Below, in pieces: positions 37,909 to 50,200 of a stretch of 55,383 bases of DNA. A program made the position numbers and the translations under genes. How positions within the stretch are numbered: position 1 is the first letter of the stretch; every line of letters starts with the position of its first letter. The stretch lies in NCBI GenBank assembly GCA_046861645.1, contig JBHHUM010000006.1, forward strand, positions 1-55,383, in the 5' to 3' direction. The notes beneath the pieces were generated by a model. That model ran no database searches. It was not told where the DNA came from and worked only from the letters and a program-made list of their open reading frames with translations. The stretch is from Fidelibacterota bacterium (GTDB lineage: Bacteria > Fidelibacterota > Marinisomatia > Marinisomatales > UBA2128).

Positions 37909-40175
37909 AGAAAACATTGTTCTTCCTGCTCTTGGTTAATCTCTTATTAGGTCAGGAGTCGCCGGACGGCGGTACTATCTCCGGGTTTGTGCTCGATGGC
38001 AAATCTCGTGAGGGACTCCCTGGAGCCAATGTGATTCTAGCCGGTACGCAGATGGGAGCAGCCACAGACATTGACGGCTATTTTGTAGTAACCGGTGTCT
38101 CACCAGGCAGTTATGAATTGAAAATATCGTATATAGGTTTCGAGCCGCTGAGCCAGAGGGTGACTATCAGGAGGGGTGAGCGCCTGCGCCGGGATTTCGA
38201 GCTTGAACCCCGGAATGTGGAATTGCAGGAAATCGAAGTGACAGAAGAGAGAGTGGAGCGGAAAGTGAACATTCAGGCGAGTCGGGTTAAGCTGAATCTG
38301 CGGCAGATGAAGGGAGTGCCCCAAATTGGTGAGGCAGATCTCTTTAGGGCCCTCCATGCCTTACCGGGTGTGTTAACAGAGACCGAGTTCAGTACGGGAC
38401 TGATCATTCGTGGCGGCAATTCAGACCAGAACCTGATCTTACTGGACGGTATTACTGTTTACAATCCCTCCCACCTGGGGGGTTTCTTTTCCAATTTTAT
38501 CCTTGATGCTGTCAAGGAAGCAGATCTCCTGAAAGGAGGTTTTAATGCCGAGTATGGAGGCCGTTTGTCAGCTGTTTTGAACGTTCGGAGCAGGGAAGGA
38601 AACCAGAAGGAATTTGAAGGGAAGTCATCCATTTCCCTCATCTCGGCACAGACGACCTTGGAAGGACCTGCTGGTAAAAAGGGGGCCTGGCTTATATCCG
38701 GACGTCGGACATACTTCGACAAGGTATTCAAAGGAACGAAACTATTCTTCCCGTATTATTTCTATGATGTCCAGGGGCATATTTTCCAGGATCTTTCGAA
38801 GAATGACCGCATTTCTCTCAGTTGGTACACGGGTCGTGATGACCTTTCCTGGGAAGATTTTCTCCTCAAGGGTCGCTGGGAAAATAATACCCTGAGTCTG
38901 AATTACCGGAAGCTGTTCAGCGAAACATTGGTTTCCCGTTGGCTGTTGGCAAAGAGCCGCTTTGATATCCTGTTTGATTTGGGAGGTGGCTCTGGTATTA
39001 ACGAAGTAGACTATATTAACGACTTTACTTTCCGCTCAGATTGGACCTGGTTCGCTTCACAGGAAAATCAGTATCGTTTTGGTGCGGAGATTAAGGGTCT
39101 CAGTTTTCAATACAGTGCTTCCTACCTGGATAGTGCCCTCTACGTATCCAGGCAATCCCCTATTGAAGCAGCCGCTTACGCCAAAATGAAGTGGTGGCTA
39201 TTACCTCTTTTCATGCTGGAACCAGGGTTACGTATTGGATATTATGATAACCATCCTGAGAAGTGGTATTTCGACCCTCGCTTAGGGATGAAGTACTTGT
39301 TGACCGAAGATCGTTACCTCAATTTCTCTGTGGGTGTCTATCATCAGTTTATGGAGACCATTCAGGATGACTTTTATCCCAAGATCATGGATGCCTGGTT
39401 TGCAGTAGACTATTCTGTGACTCCGGCTTCGGCGTTTCAGGTAACAGCAGGTTACGAGGAGTATTTCGGTGCTGCCTGGCGAGTACAGGTGGAAACATAC
39501 TTCAAAACCATGAACCATTTGTTAACCTTTGTAGAAACCCGGTCTACCGTGGATGAGGTTATCTCTGATGAATCACTTACAGATCTGGTTGACGAAGGTG
39601 ATGGCTATGCTTATGGAGCGGAGCTATTTGCCCACAAGGAAGTAGGTCGATTAAACGGCTGGTTGGCCTATTCCTATTCCATCTCCCGGAAGAAGTTTGG
39701 TGGTAAGGAATACTACACCAATTGGGACCGTCGCCACGCCTTTAATATCTTGGGGAACTACCGCATCAACCGGAAATGGGATGCGAATATGAAATGGACT
39801 TACCAGACCGGCCAGCCTTTTACGCCAATTCTCGGTTACTACATTGAAGTATTGCCCGGGGACCCCGAACCGTTTTACCGCCCGATTCCCGGAGGTAGAA
39901 ATTCTGCCCGCTATGAACCTTTCCACAGATTGGATATTGGTTTTGTGAGGCACTTCAGGCTTTTTGGTGTTCCCGGTGAACTCTTCATCCAGGTGGTGAA
40001 CGCCTACTGGAGGAAGAACATCTTCCGCTATATTTATCAGTGGGGCAACACTTACAATGGCATCGATGATGATGGTGATGAACTGATTGATGAATCTGAC
40101 GAAGGTACTCCCAAACGAGTGAGGATTAACGGATTGCCTATTCTGCCGACTATTGGAGTCTCTTTTGCGTTTTAA
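37905..40175 (+). CDS. TonB-dependent receptor
   Basis: LPGANV, GEADLFRALHALPGV, IRGGNSDQNLILLDG, KGGFNAEYGGRLSAV, DPRLG, WDRRH, C-terminal F. Confidence 0.9.
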   Translation: MKKTLFFLLLVNLLLGQESPDGGTISGFVLDGKSREGLPGANVILAGTQMGAATDIDGYFVVTGVSPGSYELKISYIGFEPLSQRVTIRRGERLRRDFELEPRNVELQEIEVTEERVERKVNIQASRVKLNLRQMKGVPQIGEADLFRALHALPGVLTETEFSTGLIIRGGNSDQNLILLDGITVYNPSHLGGFFSNFILDAVKEADLLKGGFNAEYGGRLSAVLNVRSREGNQKEFEGKSSISLISAQTTLEGPAGKKGAWLISGRRTYFDKVFKGTKLFFPYYFYDVQGHIFQDLSKNDRISLSWYTGRDDLSWEDFLLKGRWENNTLSLNYRKLFSETLVSRWLLAKSRFDILFDLGGGSGINEVDYINDFTFRSDWTWFASQENQYRFGAEIKGLSFQYSASYLDSALYVSRQSPIEAAAYAKMKWWLLPLFMLEPGLRIGYYDNHPEKWYFDPRLGMKYLLTEDRYLNFSVGVYHQFMETIQDDFYPKIMDAWFAVDYSVTPASAFQVTAGYEEYFGAAWRVQVETYFKTMNHLLTFVETRSTVDEVISDESLTDLVDEGDGYAYGAELFAHKEVGRLNGWLAYSYSISRKKFGGKEYYTNWDRRHAFNILGNYRINRKWDANMKWTYQTGQPFTPILGYYIEVLPGDPEPFYRPIPGGRNSARYEPFHRLDIGFVRHFRLFGVPGELFIQVVNAYWRKNIFRYIYQWGNTYNGIDDDGDELIDESDEGTPKRVRINGLPILPTIGVSFAF

Positions 40176-41178
40176 TAGTCACAAGACGACACTGGCCCCG
40201 TTGGCTACAATCCTGTTATTCGTTTTCGGTTGCGAACAGTCAGTAGAGGTTCTGGACTATGAGGAAAAGCTGGTCGTATTTGCTAATCTTGAAGCGGGTC
40301 TACCAATGATAGATACGGTGTATGTCTCCTATACTTATGAGATAGAAGAGCCTCACGAAACTACTGAGAAGTGGGTTTCAGATGCGGAAGTGTGGGTAGT
40401 TGGAGCTGGTGATACCTTGGAGTTTTTACCTGTGGAAGGGCACCCCGGGCGGTACTTAACAGTAACTTTTGAATTAATTGAGTCAGGGGAAGTGTATACC
40501 TTGACTGTGGAACATGATGGAGAGTCAGTCACCGCCACCACTACTGTTCCCGACTCTTTCTCGGTGACCAGCGTTGGGTCTGATCTGTGGGAATGTGAAG
40601 GTGAGCCCCTGTACATTGATTCCATAGATCTTCATCTGGAGGAGAACTCCATGTTGGATATCCAAATGGCCTTGATGACCGGCAATTACAGTTTACTTGT
40701 CATGGACACCGTTATATACCACGAAGGTCCCTGTTATACCACTTCTTTTGCCTCTGCCCCGCTGTTCCTTACGGAATGGGAAGCGGAAGAAGAACCGGGA
40801 ATGATGCGTGTGGTCTCCATTGCCTTGGACGATACAGCGACGAACGCCATCGTAGATACTTCCTTTGCTGCGAACGCTTTCAAAGGGAACATGTGGGTGG
40901 ACGAAGACGGCAATTACTACCGTCCCAACCCGACAGTAGTAAATCTCAGCCAGAATATTATCGATTTTTCGTGGCTCCATTTCAATTACTACGGCCCTCA
41001 TCTGATTGCCCTGCAGGCTACAGACCACGCTTTCAGTGATTACTTTTATGGTGACCCTTTCCGACAGAACCAATGGATTTTGCCGGATAATAATATTGAG
41101 GGGGGTTATGGTCTTTTCTCATCTGTGGCGAGTCAGTATTTTCTGGTTTACGTGGCCCCGGACACCTCTGGCTCTTAG
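40153..41178 (+). CDS. DUF4249-like lipoprotein, partner of the TBDR
   Basis: Lipobox VFGC; EEKLVV, YTLTV...ATTTVP, C-terminal NIEGGYGLF. Confidence 0.7.
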   Translation: MESLLRFNSHKTTLAPLATILLFVFGCEQSVEVLDYEEKLVVFANLEAGLPMIDTVYVSYTYEIEEPHETTEKWVSDAEVWVVGAGDTLEFLPVEGHPGRYLTVTFELIESGEVYTLTVEHDGESVTATTTVPDSFSVTSVGSDLWECEGEPLYIDSIDLHLEENSMLDIQMALMTGNYSLLVMDTVIYHEGPCYTTSFASAPLFLTEWEAEEEPGMMRVVSIALDDTATNAIVDTSFAANAFKGNMWVDEDGNYYRPNPTVVNLSQNIIDFSWLHFNYYGPHLIALQATDHAFSDYFYGDPFRQNQWILPDNNIEGGYGLFSSVASQYFLVYVAPDTSGS

Positions 41179-41298
41179 ATAACTTAAATCATCGTGGACA
41201 ACCCCCTCTGGCGAGATCGGGGTGTACAAATTACACGACCGGGGAATTAGCGATTTCCTGTTTTCCAAACCCATAACCCGTTCTAACTTCTACCTGTA

Positions 41299-41778
41299 AT
41301 GTCCTATGCGCGAATTTTTGGAGTGGGTCCTACAGGGCTGGCCGGCACTTTTCTGATTTGGGTTGGCGTCCGGTTTGTGGAATTAAAGCTGGGAGTTCCG
41401 ACTATCGGGATGGAGCCCACTTTTCGTCTGCTCCTGCTATGGTTTTTCTTGGTGGATTTCGCTGTGACGGTTATCTGGTCACAGTTCGCTTTACCCCCGT
41501 TAAAGCGGGGGAAAAATTTAGTCGTTACTGGTCCTTTCCGGTTAATGAGGCATCCCCTCTACGCTGCTTTTATTTGGAGTGGAACCGGGGCCGTTGCCAT
41601 GTGGTTTCAATCGTGGTTACTGATTTTTTCTGTTATTCCCATTCACATCTTCTGGGTCTGGCACATCCGTAGGGAGGAACAATTCATGCTGGATAAATTT
41701 GGTGATGAGTACCGAATATATATGGAAACAACAGGGCAGTTTTTTCCAATCTTAAAAAAAAAGAGTGATACTCCTTAG
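41299..41778 (+). CDS. Isoprenylcysteine carboxyl methyltransferase / PEMT family membrane protein
   Basis: LVVTGPFRLMRHPLY, EEQFM..KFGDEYRIY...FFP. Confidence 0.88.
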   Translation: MSYARIFGVGPTGLAGTFLIWVGVRFVELKLGVPTIGMEPTFRLLLLWFFLVDFAVTVIWSQFALPPLKRGKNLVVTGPFRLMRHPLYAAFIWSGTGAVAMWFQSWLLIFSVIPIHIFWVWHIRREEQFMLDKFGDEYRIYMETTGQFFPILKKKSDTP

Positions 41779-41906
41779 GGGGTTCGGGATGGGGTAAGGC
41801 CACTTATTCAGTGGTGTTGGGGTAACGTCTTTCTCCCGTACGACTATTTCAATAGCAATAGTCGAGATGATAATTATTTCATAGGGAAGAAACAGGTGTT
41901 TATATA

Positions 41907-42545
41907 GTGATTTCTATCAGAGAACTTGGTCGGCCTCTTATCTTTGGGGTTGCCTTTGGTTTGGTGGAAGCTGCTGTGGTCATCTATCTCCGGGCCCAGT
42001 TCACTCTCAATGGGGATCTATTCTCCCTGGAAACATTGCCAGGAGATATTATCCGTTTGGAAATGATTCGGGAGGGGGCAACCCTGGTTCTTTTAGGAGT
42101 AGTGGGAGTTTTAGCGGGCAGGAGACCTCTATCCCGGTTTGGAGCTTTTATGATGACATTTGCCACGTGGGATATTTTCTACTATGTCTGGTTGAAACTC
42201 TTTATCGACTGGCCGGGCTCACTTTTAGAAATGGATGTACTCTTTCTCCTTCCTGTGGTGTGGATAGGGCCTGTTCTGGCACCGTTAATGGTGAGTACAG
42301 CCATGATTATCTGTGGCAGCTGGATCTACCTGAGAGAAGAGAAAGGACCGCCCCTGCAGGTAACAGTCGTGGACTGGCTGGTGGAGATAGGCGCTGCAGT
42401 ACTGATTGTTGCCTCGTTTATGCGTTGTGGTCAGCAAGATCAACCGGAAAAATTCCCGTGGATGCTTTTCCTTGTGGGATTAGTAGGGGGAGTGATCTAT
42501 TTTGTCTGGAGTGCGACCACTGACAATCGTGCATCGGGCAAATGA
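41907..42545 (+). CDS. Hypothetical integral membrane protein
   Basis: Multiple hydrophobic helices; motifs EAAVVIYLR, REGATL, WDIFYYVWL, DVLFLLP.VW.GPVLAP. Confidence 0.75.
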   Translation: MISIRELGRPLIFGVAFGLVEAAVVIYLRAQFTLNGDLFSLETLPGDIIRLEMIREGATLVLLGVVGVLAGRRPLSRFGAFMMTFATWDIFYYVWLKLFIDWPGSLLEMDVLFLLPVVWIGPVLAPLMVSTAMIICGSWIYLREEKGPPLQVTVVDWLVEIGAAVLIVASFMRCGQQDQPEKFPWMLFLVGLVGGVIYFVWSATTDNRASGK

Positions 42546-43975
42546 ATTTTAGGGCTAAGCATATCATTGTTCCTGTTGATCAAATGATCTTTCGCCGAAT
42601 TTTTTATCTTGCTCTACCGGTCATTCTCGGCAATTTAAGTCGTGTGCTGATGAATCTTGTCGATGTAGCCCTGGTGGGTCGTCTGGGTAAGGAAGCATTG
42701 GCGGCAGTGGGTATGGGAGGCATTCTTATCTGGACTGTAGTGGGCTTTGCTTTGGCCATGCGGACAGGTGTGCAGACGGTGGCTTCACGTCGCTTAGGAC
42801 AAGGTGAGTATAAAGGGTGTGGATTAGCCCTGAACAATGGTCTTCTCTTTGCGGCTGTTACGGGTGTGGTTTTATCAGGCGCTGGCTATTTTTCAACCGA
42901 AAATATAATTCCCTTTTTGTTAAATGATCCCGCCGTCATTCCCTTAACAGAAGTGTATACTAAATGGGGTTTTCTGAGTGTCTTTTTCATTTCTCTAGGG
43001 TTTGCTTTCCAGGGTTTTTTCAATGGAGTGGAGAGGACAAGGATACATATGCAGGTTACCATTGTGGCGAATCTGTTAAATGTATATCTGGATGTAGGAT
43101 TGATCTTCGGTAGTGAAAATCTGCCCCACCTTCTTTCCAATACTCCTCTTGGAAACATCTCAATTTTCGCCGGTCTGTGGACGCCATTTAACTTCCCAGC
43201 TCTCGGTGTTAAAGGCGCTGCTATTGCCACGTTTATCGCTTCTGTCTGGTTGACTATTCACTACTTGCTGAATGCATTGATGCCAACATTTCGCAGGGAG
43301 TTTGGGGCCCTACGGGGAGGTTTCGACCTGCAGATTTTCCGACGGGTGGTAAAAATAGCAACCCCTCAGGGATTGCAGGAGGTTGGGGTTATGATTGTCT
43401 TCGTACTTTTCTTTAAAATTATAGCCATGGTAGGTACCTTGGAATTGGCTGTCACGCAAATTGCCTTTGTGATTATGCAAGCCTCTTTTCTACCGGCAGC
43501 TGGATTTGGTACAGCCTGTGCAACCTTGGTGGGAAAGTATCTTGGTGAAGATAATCCAACCAGGGCTGAAATGAGCATTGTTGAGGGTATTCGCTGGGCG
43601 ATTATCTTTATGGGAAGTATGGGTATCCTGTTTATTCTCTATCCCAGGACCATTTTGTCCTTCTTTACCGATGATGCTGAAATGATTGCGGGGGGGGTGT
43701 TCGCTTTACAGGTGTTGGGGCTGATCCAATTTTTGGATGCTGTGGCGATGACGCTCTGGAATGCCCTTTCTGGGGCGGGTGAGACAAAATTCCCTGCCGT
43801 TGTGGAGATGATTATTGCCTGGGTATTTTTCCTGCCCCTCTGTTACTTATTAGCGGTTGTGTGGGGTTATGGCATTGCGGGGGCATGGTACTGTTTTGCT
43901 GGATATATCGGTGTGTACGCTATAGCGGTGGTTTGGAAAACCATGGAAGGAAAATGGAAACATATTGAGGTGTAG
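42542..43975 (+). CDS. MATE family efflux transporter
   Basis: LALPVIL, VD...VGRLGKEALAAVG, NLLNVYLD, LGVKGAAIAT, GFGTACATLVGKYLG, GAGET. Confidence 0.92.
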   Translation: MNFRAKHIIVPVDQMIFRRIFYLALPVILGNLSRVLMNLVDVALVGRLGKEALAAVGMGGILIWTVVGFALAMRTGVQTVASRRLGQGEYKGCGLALNNGLLFAAVTGVVLSGAGYFSTENIIPFLLNDPAVIPLTEVYTKWGFLSVFFISLGFAFQGFFNGVERTRIHMQVTIVANLLNVYLDVGLIFGSENLPHLLSNTPLGNISIFAGLWTPFNFPALGVKGAAIATFIASVWLTIHYLLNALMPTFRREFGALRGGFDLQIFRRVVKIATPQGLQEVGVMIVFVLFFKIIAMVGTLELAVTQIAFVIMQASFLPAAGFGTACATLVGKYLGEDNPTRAEMSIVEGIRWAIIFMGSMGILFILYPRTILSFFTDDAEMIAGGVFALQVLGLIQFLDAVAMTLWNALSGAGETKFPAVVEMIIAWVFFLPLCYLLAVVWGYGIAGAWYCFAGYIGVYAIAVVWKTMEGKWKHIEV

Positions 43976-44113
43976 AAGTATAGGACAGACTTTCCGGTTC
44001 GTTCCATGTAGTTATAGATTGTAAAAAGTTTGTATTATGGGAGTTGGTAGAGGGGCAATCTGGAAAGATTGTCCTAAGTTATGTGACCAGTATCAAAAAA
44101 TATTTTCAATTTC

Positions 44114-44142
44114 TTGACTCGGTAGAATCCTACTCGTATATT
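44114..44142 (+). promoter_or_regulatory. Sigma70-type promoter of the giant secreted protein gene
   Basis: TTGACT-17 nt-TATATT. Confidence 0.65.
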
Positions 44143-44284
44143 CCAAGCAAAGCTTGAGGCAAAGCATATTTCCAATTCTGGCAAGCGGTGGGTGAATCCC
44201 ACTACATTAGTAACAAGAGATTTTCCACCCACTAAGGGTGCGGGATCTTATGTTTTAACATCATACTGCCTATAGGAGGGAGCC

Positions 44285-47200
44285 ATGTATAGAAGGATAT
44301 TAACTACCACAACAATGATGTTCCTGATGCTTGGTGTTCTTTGGGCCGGCACGGCCCAGGATGCACAGGTAACTGAAGCAGATAAAGGGGCTGAGTACGA
44401 ACGTAATGTTTTCCTGCAAAATCTCTACATCTATACCAAAGCTGATCTTAAGGAATTTGGCGTCAATAAACTAGACCAGTTACTCCAAATTGCCGAACAG
44501 GAAGGGGTGGATGTAGCTATTCCACTACTCAAAGATGTGATCCGTGACAAAGTTCCTGCCTTAAGTCATTCTGTTTCGCAGAGCTCCAGCGAAATGCTTT
44601 TTTCTCGCACAGAACTGCTGAACGAAAACTTCGATGCCGGTATCCCAGGTACATGGACGGTAGTTGATGGAAGTAGTGATGGTTTTACTTGGCAGGGTGT
44701 CACTGACGACGGGGGCAGTACGCTTGATGGTACACCATTTGTATTTGTAGATAGCGATGCTGCTGGCTCAGGGATTACTATGGATGAAGAACTTGTTTCA
44801 CCTGCCGTGGATGCTTCGGGTTATTCCAGCTTATATATTGAATTTGATCAGTATTACAACCATCTATCTTCGGACTCAGCTGAATTAGATGTTTGGAATG
44901 GATCTGCCTGGATCAATGTGGCTGGGTATTATAGCGATATTGGATCTTGGTCTACTCCTGACTTCCAATCCATTGATATATCCGCTTATGCAAATGCTTC
45001 TTTACAAGTCCGTTTCCGCTATATGGATAATGGGTCCTGGGCATGGTACTGGGCAGTGGACAATGTGGTAATTACCGATACACCTACAACCAGTGATCCA
45101 TGTGAAGATTATCCTGATGCCAACGAGCCGAATGACGACATGACAACAGCAACGTCTATTTTAACAGACAGCACAGTGATTGTCGCCTCAATTTGTGATG
45201 CCGATGATATAGATTATTATTCCTTTACACTTTCTTCTCAAATGGACGTATTCATAAATACCGACAGCATCTCTTTTGATACATACGATACAGATACGTA
45301 TTTGACATTATATGATGATGCTGGGGCATCAATAGAGACAGATGATGATGGAGGTCCTGGTTATCTCTCAGAAATTTCCATTACCCTTGATGCTGGAACA
45401 TACTATGTTGAGGTAGACCAGTCTTCCTATGCCACAGGAGATATTTTTGATTACGAGGTAGCAGTAATGGCAACGGCACCAGCTGCCCCATCACCTTATG
45501 ATGGCGTGATAGTCATCAACGAAATCATGCAAAATCCTTCCGCTGTGAGCGATTCATATGGCGAGTATGTTGAATTGGTCAATCTTAGTGGCGCAGATGT
45601 TGATATCGAAGGGTGGACTTTTGGGGATAATGATTATGAGAGTTTCGTAATTTATGCTGATACTACTGGGCACGGTTACGAAGGTGGCGGTGGAACCACG
45701 GTTGTTCCCGCTGGTGGTTTCCTTGTGCTCGGAGCCAGCGCGGATACAAGCATCAATGGTGGGACGCCTGTTGATTTTGAGTACGGTGGTTATGGGGAGC
45801 TCGATGGTATAACCCTATCCAACAGTTCCGATGAAGTAATACTTTCGGACGCCGATGGTCTATTAGTGGATGAAGTCTGGTACGACAATGGGGCTACATT
45901 TCCTGATCCAAGTGGTGCTTCTATGGAATTTCACCCTGATTCCTTAGCTGCTGGGGCTGATAATGATGATGGTTATGCCTGGCACGCAGCTACGGACCCG
46001 TTTGGTGATGGTGACTTTGGTACACCAGGAGATGCAAATGGTACCGGGGAAGTCGATTGTGATGCCATGGGTTTCACGGATAACAACGAACCTAACGACG
46101 ACGGTACCTCTGCTACCGTGGTATATGATGGTGACTCACTGGGTGCTGCGATCTGTCCCGCAGAGGATGTGGATTGGTATACGATCACGGTTGCAGATTC
46201 TGGAACCTTAATCTCGGAAACATTTCCCGGTTCAGGTGGAGCGTATGGTACGGATACGTATCTCTGGCTTATTGATGCCACTACGGGCGATACACTGGAT
46301 GAGGACGATGATGCCGGCGAAGGCTGGCTTTCAGAGGTGTCTGCTGATGTGGCAGCAGGAACATACTATATCGTGGCGGACCAATCACCGGCGTATGCTG
46401 CTGAGGACTTGTTTGATTACGGCATTAGTTTCAGTTTCGTTACGGATATTTGCGCAGACATTCCGGATGATAATGAACCTAACGATGATATGACAACGGC
46501 AACACCTATCGCAACAGATGGCAATTATATGTTAGCGGCTATTTGCCCAGAAAATGATATGGATTTCTATACCTTTTCAATAAGCGATGGCTGGTGGGAG
46601 GTTTGTATTGATTTAGACAATATAGATGGAAATCCCTATGATACTGACACGGAACTAGAACTGTATGATGCCGATGGGAATTCAATAGATTTTAATGATG
46701 ACGGGTATGATTGTTCGGATACGTCATATAGTTATCAATCCACGATTTTTGCGAACCTGGGACCTGGGGATTATTTTGTCCGTGCGGACAATTCCAGTTA
46801 CTGGGCCCCAGAGGATGTTTTTGGTTACGAAATTGCGGTTACGTTATTGGGTCCCGGTCAAGACCCCTGGGCTCCTCAGAATCTAACGGCAGAAGCCGGT
46901 GATGGAGAAATTTTCCTTTGGTGGGATGATCCGGAAGCGGCTAGTGACAGCGGCTTTGCGGCCTCTAAAAATGTAGTGGATCAAAGGCAAATCGCTATCG
47001 CCAAAGAGCATATAGCCAAAAAGATAGAGCAAGCTGAAAACAGGAAGCGCGCCAAGTCTCTCAATAAAGCTGATAAGGATAAGGCTCGGTATGGAAAGGT
47101 TCAGCCTGCTCCACAGGGATTTGAACAATCTATCGATCGAACCACCTGTGAGAACTGGAATACATTTAATTACTATGGATGGGGATATTTAGGGGGTGAT

Positions 47201-50200
47201 GAGGGCGTTGCTTCGCTATTCTGGTTTGATACTGGATCGGTGGATCTTGAATCGACAACTATTTTCGGATATAATCCCATTCCAGATTCTACTGTGATAG
47301 GATATGTGGAGGTCTCTGAAGCCGATTCCAACGGTACCACACTATCTGTTATTGCTTCTGGAGATGTTGTGGTCGATGAAGCAGGAGCACTCACTTTGGA
47401 TATAACAGGTAATACCTTTACCTCTACAGGTGATAACTTCCTGAAAGTGAAGATGATCCCTCAAACTGTGGTAATCGAGGACAGTATCATGGCGCCTTAT
47501 CCTCTTTCCGACGATGGGACAGTTCCTACATATATGTCTGGATTCGACAGTGCTGGCGTCTTCTTTGCCAGTGAGTATAATTTCGACATCGAATTATGCT
47601 TGGTAAGTGCTGAAGGGGAGTGTGATTCCTTCCCCGATGTCTACGAGCCTAATGATGACATGACTACAGCAACATCCGTTAGTATTGGAGATACCTTAGA
47701 GGCAGCGCTCTGTCCATATGGCGAACATGATTTCTATGTAGTCGAAGTCCTGAGCACAGGTACTTTAATTGCTGAGATTCATCCGGGCTCTTTGGGGGAG
47801 TATGGTACGGATACAATTCTGGAGATCTTGGATTCTGATGGAAACGAGATTGCCTATGATGACGACGGTGGACCTGGATGGACTTCGTTTGCATGGGTTG
47901 ATGTGGAGCCAGGTACTTATTATGTACATTGCTTTACTTTATGGGGCTTTAAGGGCGACTACGGTATTTCCTTTGATTTTGTGGAACCTCTTACGTTTAA
48001 CATCTACTATGAAGATGGAACGTTGATTGCTGACAGCCTTCAGGGGAATGAATACAATGTTGCAGGTCTTACAAATGATGTGGAATACTGCTTCTATGCC
48101 ACCACAAATATTCCTGATAGTGTTGAGTCTGCATCGTCCAATGTTGCTTGTGCAACACCAATACCTCCTGAACTTTGCCCACCGAATGATCTGATAGTAG
48201 AAGCTGGAGATGGCGAGGTTTTTCTGGCCTGGGCTCCGCCTACCGGAGGAGGTGGTTCCATGGCTGTATATCCTGATGATGGTGCTTACAATACTGGTTC
48301 TATTGATTCAAGTTTAATATTGACCGACACCAGTCTTGTAAAAGCATGTAATCCGGTTACTGGATCTACGCAGGGATGGATTATGTTCGATGTTTCTGAT
48401 TTGGCAGGGTTAGGGTTTATATCACAGATAGACTTTAATTTTTACGTCAATGATACAAACTGGCCGTGGTGGAGTGCAACACCTATGAGTAGTAATCCAG
48501 TTACTGCATCTCCTGATGTTTTGTGGAGCGATATTGAAGCAGAGGCTAATGATGGCTATTACCTCTACCAGAATGAAAGCAGCTCCTATACTACAGGTTT
48601 TTACAGTCTAACACTTGAGGGGGATGCTGTTGCTGATCTGGAAGCGGCTATAGCTCAGGGTTGGTTTGCCATGGGAATCTATGATCGTGATTACCCATCA
48701 ACGAGCTATTACATTATCATGGATGGTTGGGCAGAAGATAATCCACCATTCCTGACGATATTCTATGATGGTGGTCAGGTGGCGAAAGCTCCAGCGATAG
48801 ATCCAAGGAATGCCGGTACTCAACTTGCCGACTATAAGCAGAATACTGATGAGGAATCATTGGCAGGTGTGAGCCGAAATAGACAAGCAATAACTACTCC
48901 AACCAGTGCGCCATTGCCATCGGACTTTGATATTGCTGGATATAAAGAGGTGATTCTGAACAGTAATCCGATACCTTCGAATAACCAGAATCGGATTGAA
49001 CTTCCCGGGAATGTAGGGCCTTCAAGAAGTACCGATTGTTGGAATTACAATGATTTCTGGACATATTTGTGGTATGGTGATGTAGACGTGGCGAAGGCAT
49101 CTTTGTTCCCAATGAGTCCGGGTACATGGAGATTTGAATCGGTATCCATTCCAGATTACTCCAATACTTGGATTGGTCTCGACAGTGCTGAGGCGTGGGT
49201 CAGAGTGGATCTTACGGACGACATGGGGAATACTGTTACCACCCTTGTTGAGGACGTCTTAGTTACCGATGGTTCGTGGGGAGACCTTGACCTTGGTGGG
49301 GTTGTATTTGACCTTGATGGTTCAGGGTTTGTTAAAGTATCCGTTCTTGGTACGACGTACATTGACAGCTTGGATAACTATGCACCATATCTTTTGTCCG
49401 ATGATGGTAGTGTACCTACGTATCTTACCGGCTGGGATAGCTCAGGAGTTTTTGTGGCAGATGTTTACAATTGGGATATTGAGTTGTGTGCCAATTTTGA
49501 AGGAACACCTGAGGAATGTGGTTCATTGGCAGGCTATAACGTCTATCAAGATGGAGGTTTTCTTGATTACACGACGGAAACCACCTACCTTGCCACCGGC
49601 TTGACTAATGGTACTGAATACTGCTATGAAGTGTCTGCGGTGTATGATGAGGGTGAATCCGTTCCAATAGGACCTGAGTGTGCAACACCGACCACTATTG
49701 AACCGGATTTCCTAACTCACGTTACGGGTCCTCTTCAGGCAACAATTACTAATGAAGGTAATATTGGATTCCTGGATTTCGATGGAAGCCCCGGAGATGG
49801 TTTCGTATTTAATGGTGATAACTTCCTCTATGAGGGTGGATTGATGATGGGTATAAGCGCCGAGCAGGTGTCTGATTGTATCCGTGGGGTTTCTTCGGAT
49901 CAAGATGATGATTTTATAGCCATCTCAACTTTGGAAATCTGGTCGCCAGGAGATATTACTAGCGAAGAAGGATTTGTTGCCCTGGAGGACTCTGGGGCAG
50001 CTAACCCCATTGGCTTAGAAATAGAACAGTCTACTTTTGCGGATACAGGTGACAGTTATATAATTTTCACCTATGAAATTACAAATCTCAATGAAACTGC
50101 TGTCATGGATTTGTATGTAGGACTGTTCTTCGATTGGGATGTCATCAATTATGGTGATAACTCCGCTCGTTACGATGCATCCAGAAGATTAGGTTATGCA

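Noticed and set aside
44145..44284. Known c-di-GMP-I or cobalamin riboswitch
   Set aside because: Only fragments (GGCAA, GGTGAATCC) resemble the consensus; core conserved elements are missing.
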